Source: Gemmatimonadota bacterium (GTDB lineage: Bacteria; Gemmatimonadota; Gemmatimonadetes; Gemmatimonadales; GWC2-71-9). Taken from it: a stretch of DNA of 61,449 nt. The position numbers and the translations under genes were made by a program. The stretch lies in NCBI GenBank assembly GCA_039588335.1, contig JBDGZZ010000004.1:1-61449 (forward strand). Reading direction: 5' to 3'. This document shows positions 48,645 to 57,540 of the stretch, piece by piece. The notes under the pieces are model-generated. The model saw nothing but the letters and a program-made list of their open reading frames with translations, made no database searches and was not told where the DNA came from. The first letter of the stretch is position 1, and every line of letters starts with the position of its first letter.

Positions 48645-49321
48645 CGTGGAGCCGCGAGAGTGTATTCGCCAGCCGTCTCCATCTTGGCGCTCACGGCGTC
48701 AGCCGCGGTTGCCGTCGAATTACGCGCTACCTGCCATGCGGCGACGGTCACTTCCCGCCAAATGTCCAGCGCCGCTGCATACTCAGTCGGGGATTCGTAC
48801 TTGCTCGACTGATCAGCTACGCTTGCGTTTGCGTAAGCCGCGAATTGGAACTTCGCAGTGGGAGTCGCGTCCAATCGAAACTCCAGCCCGTCGGGAGAGA
48901 GCGTGAATCCGTAGCTTCCGTTCCACGGGCTGACAGTCACAAACACCGAATCGCCGTCCAACAAAGTCGCTCCATTGAGGCTTGCCAGTGATCCAACGGG
49001 AAACGTCATTTCCATATACGGACTCAGGAACTGATCGGGATGGACGAGGAGCTGAACTTTCTGTCGCGAGTTGTGGACCCAGAAACTGACAGACTCGGGT
49101 TGAGGCGTTCCGGCTCGAAAGGGAAGTATCAACAGTTCATCTGTTGACAGGACAATCTCACCCGGAACCGTCAGATCGGAGCACCCGCTGATACCCATTA
49201 ACAGCGCTGCGCTTGCCGCTACTATCCCACCCCATGATATTGCGCGGCGATGAGCGTTGTTCGTTCCCTCCGTCCGATCGTGTTCCTGGCAGCGATCGTC
49301 CCCGACCCGGTATCGGCTCAA
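48641..49321 (-). CDS. Hypothetical lipoprotein (start codon unresolved)
   Basis: Clear lipoprotein signal HRRAISWGGIVAASAALLMGISGC. The nearest upstream in-frame canonical start is TTG 49321. The track start at 49678 would add about 120 residues with no signal-peptide logic. Confidence 0.45.
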   Translation of the reverse strand: MSRYRVGDDRCQEHDRTEGTNNAHRRAISWGGIVAASAALLMGISGCSDLTVPGEIVLSTDELLILPFRAGTPQPESVSFWVHNSRQKVQLLVHPDQFLSPYMEMTFPVGSLASLNGATLLDGDSVFVTVSPWNGSYGFTLSPDGLEFRLDATPTAKFQFAAYANASVADQSSKYESPTEYAAALDIWREVTVAAWQVARNSTATAADAVSAKMETAGEYTLAAPR

Positions 49322-51301
49322 GATTGGAATAGCCAGCCCGCGATGGACGTCGTGCGACGCGCCGTCGACCGGCGCGCCGCCGTTCAGGCTGACAGCGGTC
49401 TGAGGGATTATCGTGCGCGGGCCCATGGGTTCGTGTTCTTTCTCGGTCAACTGGGTGAACTTTCGGAACCACCGAGACTGATAAAATCTGATCAGTTGGA
49501 ACTGGAAGTTTACTGGAAAGCTCCAGGGCTCAGCAAGCAGCGTATTCTGGGCTGGCGCGATCGTGCCGATCTCCCGACCGACATTCGCTATCACCGGGAT
49601 CACCTGGGAATCGTTACGGATAATTTCGGTGACAGGATCGGGCTTGGACATGACCAGGAGGTGAATGACGTTCCGCATCCCCTGTCGCGAGCCGGGCTAT
49701 CACTCTACGATTTTGCCCTGGTCGACTCACAGACGGTTCGCCTGCCCCAGCGCACCGTGCGCGTCTATCTGGTACAGACAAGGCCCAAAGATATGGAAGC
49801 TGCCCGGGTGGTGGGCACCCTCTATGTCGACGTAGATACGGCAGAACTAGTTCGATTCAGATTCAACTTCACTCGTAGTGCATACGTCGACGACACGCTC
49901 GAAGACATCACTATCCTGCTAGAGAATAGCCTCTGGGAGGGTCGTTACTGGCTACCCATTCGGCAGGAAATCGAGATTCGAAGACGTACATCATGGCTCG
50001 ACCTCCCGGCACGCGGCATCATTCGCGGTCGATGGGAAATCGATAGTTACGAGTTCAATGTCGACGTTCCCGACGTGACCTTCCGGGGGCCGGCGATAAC
50101 CGCCGCGCCGCCAACGGTGCGAGACACCTTCCAGTGGGAAGAGTCGATCGACGATGCTATCCGCTCGGTCTCGGATCCGGCGATGACCGTTGATCTGGAG
50201 GAGGTGCGAGCGGAGGTGAGACAGCTGGCCCAAGATCAGGTGTTGACTGGGTTGGCTATATCGAAGCCCGGGGCTTCCAGTGCATCCGAGATTCTTCACT
50301 TCAATAGCGTTGAAGGGCTTGCCGTGGGTGCGGGATGGATCTTTCGTCCAGGGGGCGGTGCTTTGCGGGTGGATGTGTGGGGCGGTTACGGCTTCAGCGA
50401 TCGTAAGGCGAAAGGCCGTATCAAGCTCGATCGGCGGCTCGGCCGAGTCACGATCGGCCTGGAAGGAGCGGCGGTTGTCCGTGATGTGGGGGACGAAACG
50501 GTCATTTCGCCGCTCCTCAACTCACTACTCGCGCAGGAAGTAGGAAACGACTATGGGGACTACTATTTCCTGACCAGGGGGGCGGTTCTATTGCAGGTCG
50601 AGACGGGAGCCAGGAGTGTGCTGGAGGTCACGGTTGGAGCAGAGCATTCCTCGGATCTTGTCGTGACTGCCACACCCGCCACCGGAAAGTACAGTGATAA
50701 TCCGGCTCTGGGTGCCGGTACGCTGGGCACCGGAACTCTGAGCTACGAGCTTCGCAGCGCCGGCTTCGCCCTCGGCAGGGGGGTTAGTGGACGAATCACA
50801 GTTGAGGGTGGTCTCGGGGAGGAGGTCAAATTCCTCCGAGTATTTGGATCCGCCAGAGCACAGTTCCCTGCTGGCCGAACCGACCTTGCAGCGCGTCTTT
50901 GGGCCGGAACGGGCACCGAGGAGATGCCGGCGAATCGCAGTTTCGTCATGGGCGGTCGCGGAACTCTGGTTCCCGATCCGTTCCGGGCGTGGGGTGGCCG
51001 CAGTGGCGTGTTTGGCCTACTGGAGTGGCGGGTCCCTATCCCATTTCCGACGATCCCACTTGGCGCATTCAGCTCGACCGGCAACCGCATCACAGTGGCC
51101 CCGAACGTCGCGCTGGGTTGGACCGGGGGTGAGGTGGCATCGGTGGTGCCGTGGATGGCGACGGGGAGTTTCCGTCCAGTGGTTGGGCTTGGGGTTGAGT
51201 GGTTTCATAATCTGTTTCGTGTCGATCTGGGACTGGATCTCAAGGATTCGCAGTTCGGGGTCGTCTTTGACGTGAATCGAGGTCTGTGGGGAATCCTGTA
51301 A
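49250..51301 (+). CDS. Secreted protein with C-terminal Omp85-like beta-barrel features
   Basis: Signal peptide MSVVRSLRPIVFLAAIVPDPVSA-Q. The C-terminal third has alternating beta pattern and an FVMGGRGTLVPDPFRAWGG..LEWRVPI segment that resembles the Omp85/ShlB barrel motif. The family assignment is tentative. Confidence 0.4.
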   Translation: MSVVRSLRPIVFLAAIVPDPVSAQDWNSQPAMDVVRRAVDRRAAVQADSGLRDYRARAHGFVFFLGQLGELSEPPRLIKSDQLELEVYWKAPGLSKQRILGWRDRADLPTDIRYHRDHLGIVTDNFGDRIGLGHDQEVNDVPHPLSRAGLSLYDFALVDSQTVRLPQRTVRVYLVQTRPKDMEAARVVGTLYVDVDTAELVRFRFNFTRSAYVDDTLEDITILLENSLWEGRYWLPIRQEIEIRRRTSWLDLPARGIIRGRWEIDSYEFNVDVPDVTFRGPAITAAPPTVRDTFQWEESIDDAIRSVSDPAMTVDLEEVRAEVRQLAQDQVLTGLAISKPGASSASEILHFNSVEGLAVGAGWIFRPGGGALRVDVWGGYGFSDRKAKGRIKLDRRLGRVTIGLEGAAVVRDVGDETVISPLLNSLLAQEVGNDYGDYYFLTRGAVLLQVETGARSVLEVTVGAEHSSDLVVTATPATGKYSDNPALGAGTLGTGTLSYELRSAGFALGRGVSGRITVEGGLGEEVKFLRVFGSARAQFPAGRTDLAARLWAGTGTEEMPANRSFVMGGRGTLVPDPFRAWGGRSGVFGLLEWRVPIPFPTIPLGAFSSTGNRITVAPNVALGWTGGEVASVVPWMATGSFRPVVGLGVEWFHNLFRVDLGLDLKDSQFGVVFDVNRGLWGIL

Positions 51302-51373
51302 TGATCTGCCACAGAGCTACTGCGACGCTGGCGGTGCAGTAGTGGGTCCTCTATCTTTTTACATTGCGCGCGT

Positions 51374-53677
51374 TTGCGGGGGCATAAGCTCGGAGGTGGT
51401 GTCGTAACTCAGTTCAGAGATGAGTGGCTGGCTGCGACCGTTGAGGAAGTCATTGGCGCAGGCAAGCTCGAAGAACTCCGCGGCAGTGAGGAGAGAGCAG
51501 AGTCGCTCTGGGAAACGATCGTCGCGTCCGGCGAGGCAACCGACGAGCAACTCCTGAGCGCACTGTCACGCCGGTTTCGGCTGAAGCTGGCCGATCTGTC
51601 TCAGGTTGACCGTGCGGCGCTTGAGACGGTACCGGAGCAAGTCGCCCGCCAGTACCACATCCTCCCCATACGCATCACTGATTCCTACCTCGAGATCGCG
51701 TCCTCAAATCCCTTCGATCTCGATTGCGAGAAGACGCTGGCGTTCGCGACGGGTCGCGAGGTGCGAGTCGCACTGACGAGCCCATCCAAGATCCAGGAAC
51801 GAATCGACGAGCTGTACCTTCCCGAGAACGTCCTCGAACAGTTGATAGAGGGGTTCGGAAGTGACGCTGAGATCACGCAACTCGACGATGCTCCGGAGCT
51901 GACTGACGAACTATCCATCTCGGAGGAGGAGGCTTCTCAACGGCCGGTTGTCCGATTGGTGGACTTGATCTTCTCGGAAGGAATCCTGGCTCGCGCGAGC
52001 GACATCCACATTGAGCCCGAAGAAGGCGGAATCGCTGTTAGATACCGCATTGATGGGGTACTCAGGGAGCACATGAAGTTCCCACGGGCGGCCGGACTCC
52101 CCGTAATCTCCCGGATCAAGATAATCTCCGGTCTCGACATCGCTGACCGCCTCCGACCGCAGGATGGTCGAGCACGGGTGGCGGTGAACGGAATACCTGT
52201 TGACCTGCGGATATCTACGCTTCCTGCGTCGCTGGGTGAGAAGGTCGTTGTCCGCGTTCTGGACACGTCGCAGACCGTTCTGTCGCTCGATGCCCTTGGA
52301 TTTAGCGAAGCAGAGGCTGAGGAAATACGTGGGCTCCTCGACAACCGTGACGGCATCATTCTGGTTACAGGACCAACCGGCTCAGGTAAGACCACCACAC
52401 TGTACTCGGCGATCCGACATGTGCAAAGCGAGGGCGTCAACATCGTCACGGTTGAGGATCCGGTCGAGTACCGACTTCCCGGCATCGTGCAAGTCCAAGT
52501 GAACGAGAGAGCGGGGCTCAACTTTGCTTCCGCCCTCCGATCGATACTGAGACAGGATCCCGATGTGGTTTTGGTGGGTGAGATACGTGACCGGGATACG
52601 TCCCAAATTGCGACCCAGGCGTCGCTCACGGGCCACTTGGTTCTATCGACGCTACATACGAATGACGCTCCAAACGCGGTGACTCGGCTGATCGACATCG
52701 GTTTGGAGCCGTTCAAGATCGCTTCTGCACTGCGCGGCGTGGTTGCACAGCGCCTCATGCGAAGTCTCTGCCTCACGTGCAAGGAAGTCTGGGTCGAGCC
52801 GATCTCCCGCAAGCTTCAGAGGTGGATCGCTGAGGGTTCACCGCTCTACCGGGCGGTCGGATGCCCTGAATGTGCTATGACAGGGTATCGCGGCCGGTTC
52901 TCAATTGCCGAAATCCTACGGATGACGCCTGAGGTAGAGCGGCGCGTGGGTGCGGGTGAAACGGCCGACAGGATTGCAGACGCCGCACGTGCCTCCGGGA
53001 TGCGGTCCCTATGGGAGAGCGGGTTGGCGCACGTTCTCAAAGGAGACTCTACGATTGATGAGCTCCTGAGAGTTGTTGACGTGCCGCAGGAGGATGATTT
53101 CGATCGCGCGCCGTCGGACAAGGCCGGTGCTTCGGGCGAGGCCGCCACGGTCCCGATGCCGAATTCTGTGACAGACGCCGGCCGAACTGCAGTGGTTGAG
53201 CCCGCACCGGGAGGAAAGAGTGAACTGGACGGCAGCTTCGAGCTGCTGGAATCAACTGACGCGCCCTCGGCTCACGTAACCGAAGCCAAGGTTCTGTTGG
53301 TGGACGATGAAGACCAGCTTCGTCGGGTGATGCGAGACCTGCTGGAGCGCGATGGTTACACGGTGACCGAAGCCCGAGACGGAGTAGAGGCTCTGGACCA
53401 GATCGACCGTCACGCTCCTGACATCATCGTGCTCGACCTCAACCTTCCCGGTCTGGACGGCTATGGTGTTCTGTCACACCTGAGGTCGCGTCCGGCAACC
53501 GTCGCGATTCCGGTCGTCGTCCTAACGGCACAGGGTGACGAGGACAACGAGGTACGCGTGTTTGAGATGGGTGCTGACGACTTCCTCTCCAAACCCTTCC
53601 GGGCCCGTGCCCTCTCTGCGCGGCTGCAGGCGGTGTTGAGCCGCACCAACCGCCGGGCTACGCAGCGCGACTCCTAA
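51374..53677 (+). CDS. GspE/PilB-family secretion ATPase fused to a C-terminal response-regulator receiver domain
   Basis: GspE N-terminal domain (YHILPIR...LEIASSNPFD), Walker A GPTGSGKTT, DPDVVLVGEIRD, His box TGHLVLSTLHTN and tetracysteine CLTC...CPEC. A Pro/Ala-rich linker follows, then REC (LLVDDED, IIVLDLNLPGLDG, VVVLTAQG, FLSKPF). TTG 51374 is the only canonical in-frame start. Confidence 0.8.
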   Translation: MRGHKLGGGVVTQFRDEWLAATVEEVIGAGKLEELRGSEERAESLWETIVASGEATDEQLLSALSRRFRLKLADLSQVDRAALETVPEQVARQYHILPIRITDSYLEIASSNPFDLDCEKTLAFATGREVRVALTSPSKIQERIDELYLPENVLEQLIEGFGSDAEITQLDDAPELTDELSISEEEASQRPVVRLVDLIFSEGILARASDIHIEPEEGGIAVRYRIDGVLREHMKFPRAAGLPVISRIKIISGLDIADRLRPQDGRARVAVNGIPVDLRISTLPASLGEKVVVRVLDTSQTVLSLDALGFSEAEAEEIRGLLDNRDGIILVTGPTGSGKTTTLYSAIRHVQSEGVNIVTVEDPVEYRLPGIVQVQVNERAGLNFASALRSILRQDPDVVLVGEIRDRDTSQIATQASLTGHLVLSTLHTNDAPNAVTRLIDIGLEPFKIASALRGVVAQRLMRSLCLTCKEVWVEPISRKLQRWIAEGSPLYRAVGCPECAMTGYRGRFSIAEILRMTPEVERRVGAGETADRIADAARASGMRSLWESGLAHVLKGDSTIDELLRVVDVPQEDDFDRAPSDKAGASGEAATVPMPNSVTDAGRTAVVEPAPGGKSELDGSFELLESTDAPSAHVTEAKVLLVDDEDQLRRVMRDLLERDGYTVTEARDGVEALDQIDRHAPDIIVLDLNLPGLDGYGVLSHLRSRPATVAIPVVVLTAQGDEDNEVRVFEMGADDFLSKPFRARALSARLQAVLSRTNRRATQRDS

Positions 53678-54573
53678 TTGACCTCGCTTGCGTATTCTGG
53701 TGGTGCAGTTGGCTTCAACCGCACCGGTTTGGCTGGTACGCCCAGGTAGAGGTGCCACGGCGTTACGTCCTTTGCAGCAACCGCTGCTGCACCGACCATA
53801 GCCTCCTCTCCGACTCGAACTCCGGCAAGCACGGTGGCATGGTATGCCAGTCGTACTCCTTCTTCCAACACCGTCTGCTTGTTTGTCACATCTGCCTGGT
53901 CGACAATGGAATGTGAGTGGCTGTAGACGTTCGAGTAGTCTGCTATCGACACTCGGTTTCCAAGGACTATGCCACCACGATCGTCTAGCAGCACGTGGCG
54001 GTGAACCACCACCTGATTGCCAACCTCCATCTTGTATCCGTAGGAAAACTCCACGAACTGGAAACACTTGAAATCCTCACCGCAGCGTTGAAACACGTGC
54101 CTGGCTAGAATTCTCCTGAATTTCACTCCCACATCCACATTTCCCCCCAGTGGAGACCGGTCGAAGTTCTGCCACAACCATAGTAACGGCTTAACGCGCT
54201 GGTATTTCTCCTGATCTATATCGTTGTAATACTCGGGCTCGAGACTGACGTTGTGCGGATCCATCGCCAGCACGGCGGCCTTGGTGGTCAATGGTGTCTT
54301 GGGATTCTCCAGTAGCTCCTCGTAATCTCCCACACCCGGGTAGTGCAGATCGAACAGCACGTCGCGGCATAGCCGGTAGCGGTCGCAGTCTGGACTCGCC
54401 AGTGTGTCTTGGATCTCATCGAGCCACTCATCGTACAGGGATGCGGCTGGCACAGGCAACGAAATGGGTCTCAATGGGCGATGAACCATCGGCGAGATAT
54501 CCCTTGTGTTGGATGAATCGATCAGTTGCTGTTCGGGAAAACCCTGACTAGAGGAGGCTCGCGTGTTTCGCAC
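53674..54573 (-). CDS. Hexapeptide-repeat (left-handed beta-helix) acyltransferase with N-terminal extension
   Basis: C-terminal LbH repeats (GNQVVVHRHVLLDDRGGIVLGNRVSIADYSNVYSHSH...GVRLAYHATVLAGVRVGEEAMVGAAAVA). The N-terminal region of about 130 aa is of unknown type. The start is uncertain. Confidence 0.6.
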   Translation of the reverse strand: MRNTRASSSQGFPEQQLIDSSNTRDISPMVHRPLRPISLPVPAASLYDEWLDEIQDTLASPDCDRYRLCRDVLFDLHYPGVGDYEELLENPKTPLTTKAAVLAMDPHNVSLEPEYYNDIDQEKYQRVKPLLWLWQNFDRSPLGGNVDVGVKFRRILARHVFQRCGEDFKCFQFVEFSYGYKMEVGNQVVVHRHVLLDDRGGIVLGNRVSIADYSNVYSHSHSIVDQADVTNKQTVLEEGVRLAYHATVLAGVRVGEEAMVGAAAVAAKDVTPWHLYLGVPAKPVRLKPTAPPEYASEVN

Positions 54574-54588
54574 ACAAGCGTGATCGTC

Positions 54589-54858
54589 TCAATTGGGCGT
54601 CCTAGGCTTCTTTGTCGAGGCCGCGCGCGCGTCTACGGCCGCTCGTTCTCGTTCGAGGAGTCGGAGTATCACTTCCCATTGATTGGACGAACGGCCGTCA
54701 TAGGAGAGCGTGAACGGATCGGCCAAGCGAATACCGTCTTCGTAGATGTAGATAGCCGTCGCCGTCTCCCGTTGTCTGATTTGGCGATCGCTGAATGCGT
54801 GCGAGTTACCGAGAATTGACACCGGGCGGAATGACCGGTTTTGGCCGGTTATGGTCAA
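54589..54858 (-). CDS. Hypothetical protein (frame open upstream to 55005 without a canonical start)
   Basis: The track ORF starts at TTG 54858. The same frame stays open for 49 more codons with protein-like sequence (EEIAQIARTHGIQQPTIFFVSFFGRQP...). No family recognised. Confidence 0.3.
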   Translation of the reverse strand: MTITGQNRSFRPVSILGNSHAFSDRQIRQRETATAIYIYEDGIRLADPFTLSYDGRSSNQWEVILRLLERERAAVDARAASTKKPRTPN

Positions 54859-55034
54859 TGCCTCGGGATTGAAGCGAACCTGCGGTTGTCGCCCAAAGAA
54901 AGAGACGAAGAAGATAGTAGGCTGCTGGATTCCATGGGTGCGGGCGATTTGTGCTATCTCTTCACTCCTCGACTGTCCCAGCCTCCCATCATTGTCGCCT
55001 GCTGCTTAACAGCCGCAAAATTGGCCGCCCGCTT

Positions 55035-55679
55035 TCACGGTTCGTCCAGAAGAGACAGGACGGATTCCCGGAGCTCTTGAACGCCTTCCCGTGTGCGAGC
55101 ACTCGTTACTACACACTGCTCTTCTGGCACGCCGACAGCTCCTAGAATGGCATCCACTCGCTCCCTTCGAGGCCCCCGGCTCAGCTTATCGGCCTTGGTC
55201 ACTGCCACAAGGACTGGAACCCCCCGGCTAGCCAAAAGGTTCGCCATTTCGAGGTCCTGAGTCGATGGATCGCGCCGGATGTCCAGCAACCACACCACCC
55301 CTACCAGGTGTTCTCTGTTAGAAAGATAGTCAGTGATCAGCCTGGACAAACCGAGCCTCACCGACTTCGCCGTCCTGGCGTAGCCATAGCCCGGAAGGTC
55401 GATCAGATAGATCCGGCCGTCCGCATCGTACACGTTGCATGTGCGAGTCTTGCCCGGTGTCTTGCTTGTGTGCGCTAGAGATCGTCTGCCCATCAGCCGG
55501 TTGAGAAGGGAAGATTTCCCAACGTTTGACCGGCCAAGAAATGCGATTTCCGGTTGTATGGGTCGGATGGTGAAATCGGCAGCCGGATAACTGCCGATGA
55601 AGGTTACGGAGGTCAGGCCTCTTTCTTCGCCCGTGTCTGCTCCGTCACCAGAAGGGGAGACCGGTTGTCGGTGACGCAT
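55035..55679 (-). CDS. engB: Ribosome biogenesis GTPase YsxC/EngB
   Basis: G1 motif [13 protein letters not shown]3 DLPGYG and G4 TKADK. The start overlaps the clpX 3' end by 67 nt, and there is no alternative canonical start. Confidence 0.85.
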   Translation of the reverse strand: MRHRQPVSPSGDGADTGEERGLTSVTFIGSYPAADFTIRPIQPEIAFLGRSNVGKSSLLNRLMGRRSLAHTSKTPGKTRTCNVYDADGRIYLIDLPGYGYARTAKSVRLGLSRLITDYLSNREHLVGVVWLLDIRRDPSTQDLEMANLLASRGVPVLVAVTKADKLSRGPRRERVDAILGAVGVPEEQCVVTSARTREGVQELRESVLSLLDEP

Positions 55680-56863
55680 TCTCTCGTTATCACTACCTCG
55701 CGGACGTCATCGCGGCCTGGCAGTTCGAACATGATGTCGGTCATCATCTCTTCAAGGATCGCACGCAGACCCCGCGCCCCTGTCCCTCGTTTGATAGCCC
55801 TTTGCGCCACTGCTCGCAGCGCTTCGGGGTCGAAGGTCAGGCCCACATCTTCCAGCTCGAAGAGCTTCTTGTATTGTTTCGATAGTGCGTTCTTGGGCTC
55901 GAGGAGGATCCTGACTAGTGCGTCCTCGTCGAGTGAATCGAGCGACACCGTAACAGGAAGGCGTCCTACCAGTTCGGGAATCAGTCCGTACCGCAGAAGA
56001 TCGTCGGGTTCAACGTCGTAGTAGGGATTGCGTTCCAGTTGCTCTGCCTTGCCTGCCTCGAGTTCCTCCTTGCTGAAACCGATCCGGCGACGCCCAGTGC
56101 GTGCCTCGATGATCTTTTCCAGCGCATCGAACGCACCACCGCAGATGAACAGGATATTCCGAGTGTCGATCTGGATGTATTCCTGTTGAGGGTGCTTGCG
56201 GCCTCCCTGTGGCGGAACCGAGGCCACAGTGCCCTCCAGGATCTTCAGGAGAGCTTGCTGAACGCCCTCGCCCGACACGTCTCGCGTGATACTCGGGTTC
56301 TCGCTCTTCCTAGCAATCTTGTCCAGCTCGTCAATGTAGACGATCCCGTGCTCGCACTCACTTACGTTGAAGTCTCCGGCCTGCAACAACCGCACGAGGA
56401 TGTTCTCAACGTCCTCTCCAACGTATCCTGCCTCGGTGAGTGTGGTGGCATCGGCGATGGTGAAGGGCACGTCGAGCATCCTCGCCAGCGTCTCTGCCAG
56501 GAGCGTCTTGCCCACTCCGGTAGGACCGAGCAGGAGAATGTTGGATTTCTCGAGTTCTACTTCGTTGGTGCGGATAGACTGCGAGTTGATTCGCTTATAG
56601 TGGCTGTAGACTGCGACCGAGAGAGTCTTCTTGGCCTTCTCCTGGCCAATCACATACTGGTCCATCACTTCCTTGATCTCGGCAGGAGTCGGAACCTGAG
56701 TAATTGCCTCTGCGACCTCCCGTTCTTCGTCCTCGGCCAGGATCTCATTGCAGAGGGCAATGCACTCATTGCAGATGTACACGGACGGACCGGAGATGAA
56801 CTTCCGGACCGCGTCCTTGGACTTGCCGCAGAATGAGCAGCGGAGGTGCTTGTCTTGAGGCAT
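55613..56863 (-). CDS. clpX: ATP-dependent Clp protease ATP-binding subunit
   Basis: N-terminal zinc finger CSFCGK...CNEC, Walker A GPTGVGKT and an IGF-type loop. Confidence 0.95.
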   Translation of the reverse strand: MPQDKHLRCSFCGKSKDAVRKFISGPSVYICNECIALCNEILAEDEEREVAEAITQVPTPAEIKEVMDQYVIGQEKAKKTLSVAVYSHYKRINSQSIRTNEVELEKSNILLLGPTGVGKTLLAETLARMLDVPFTIADATTLTEAGYVGEDVENILVRLLQAGDFNVSECEHGIVYIDELDKIARKSENPSITRDVSGEGVQQALLKILEGTVASVPPQGGRKHPQQEYIQIDTRNILFICGGAFDALEKIIEARTGRRRIGFSKEELEAGKAEQLERNPYYDVEPDDLLRYGLIPELVGRLPVTVSLDSLDEDALVRILLEPKNALSKQYKKLFELEDVGLTFDPEALRAVAQRAIKRGTGARGLRAILEEMMTDIMFELPGRDDVREVVITRECVTDNRSPLLVTEQTRAKKEA

Positions 56864-56913
56864 GCTCTATAGGGTCCCGTTCTGGCCTAGTATGCGTTCA
56901 GCCCGTCGCGACG

Positions 56914-57528
56914 TCAAGACGGCGTCTGTTCCTCCAACTCCGCACGATGTTGAATGACCTTGTCAATGATACCGTACTCCTTCGCTTCAGCAGCTGACAT
57001 GAACGTATCACGGTCCATGTCACGCTCGATTGTATCCACCGTTTGCCCAGTGTGTTTTGCATACAACTCGTTGAGCTTTTGGCGAGCGTAGAGGATTTCC
57101 TTGGCTATGATCTCAATGTCGGCGGCTGTGCCCTGAGCGCCCCCTGACGGTTGATGCATCATTATGCGGGCGTTGGGCAGTGCAGCCCGCTTGCCCTCTG
57201 CTCCGGCAACAAGCAAGAAAGAGCCCGCTGATGCGGCCATTCCCATGCAAATCGTATTGACTGGTGCCTGAATGTGCTGCATTGTGTCGTAGATGGCGAG
57301 AGCGCTGGAAATCACTCCGCCGGGCGAATTGACGTACAGGTATATGTCTCGCTCCGGATTGTCAGCTTCTAGAAAAAGCAGTTGAGCGATGACGATATTC
57401 GATACGTCGTCGTCGATCGGGGTCCCCAGGAACACAATCCGGTCCATCAACAGGCGGGAGAAAATGTCGTAGCTGCGCTCGCCTCGCGAGGACCTCTCAA
57501 TGACATAAGGAGGATAGATTGTCGGCAT
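56914..57528 (-). CDS. clpP: ATP-dependent Clp protease proteolytic subunit
   Basis: [16 protein letters not shown], active-site Ser context GMAASAG and MMHQP. Confidence 0.95.
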   Translation of the reverse strand: MPTIYPPYVIERSSRGERSYDIFSRLLMDRIVFLGTPIDDDVSNIVIAQLLFLEADNPERDIYLYVNSPGGVISSALAIYDTMQHIQAPVNTICMGMAASAGSFLLVAGAEGKRAALPNARIMMHQPSGGAQGTAADIEIIAKEILYARQKLNELYAKHTGQTVDTIERDMDRDTFMSAAEAKEYGIIDKVIQHRAELEEQTPS

Positions 57529-57540
57529 CTGTCTCTGTGG

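Noticed and set aside
51500-51575. MshEN-type c-di-GMP binding motif at the N-terminus of the GspE-REC protein (SLWETIVASGEATDEQLLSALSRR).
   Set aside because: - Only the hydrophobic spacing and one Gly match the RLGxxL(V)xxG(I)(L)xxxxLxxxLxxQ pattern I recall.
- The key Arg, Gly and Gln positions differ.
- I make no claim of c-di-GMP binding.
55613-55679. A 67-nt overlap of the clpX 3' end with the engB 5' end as a possible mis-call or frameshift.
   Set aside because: - No alternative canonical engB start exists before the G1 motif.
- Both frames look coding.
- I accepted it as a genuine overlap with moderate confidence.
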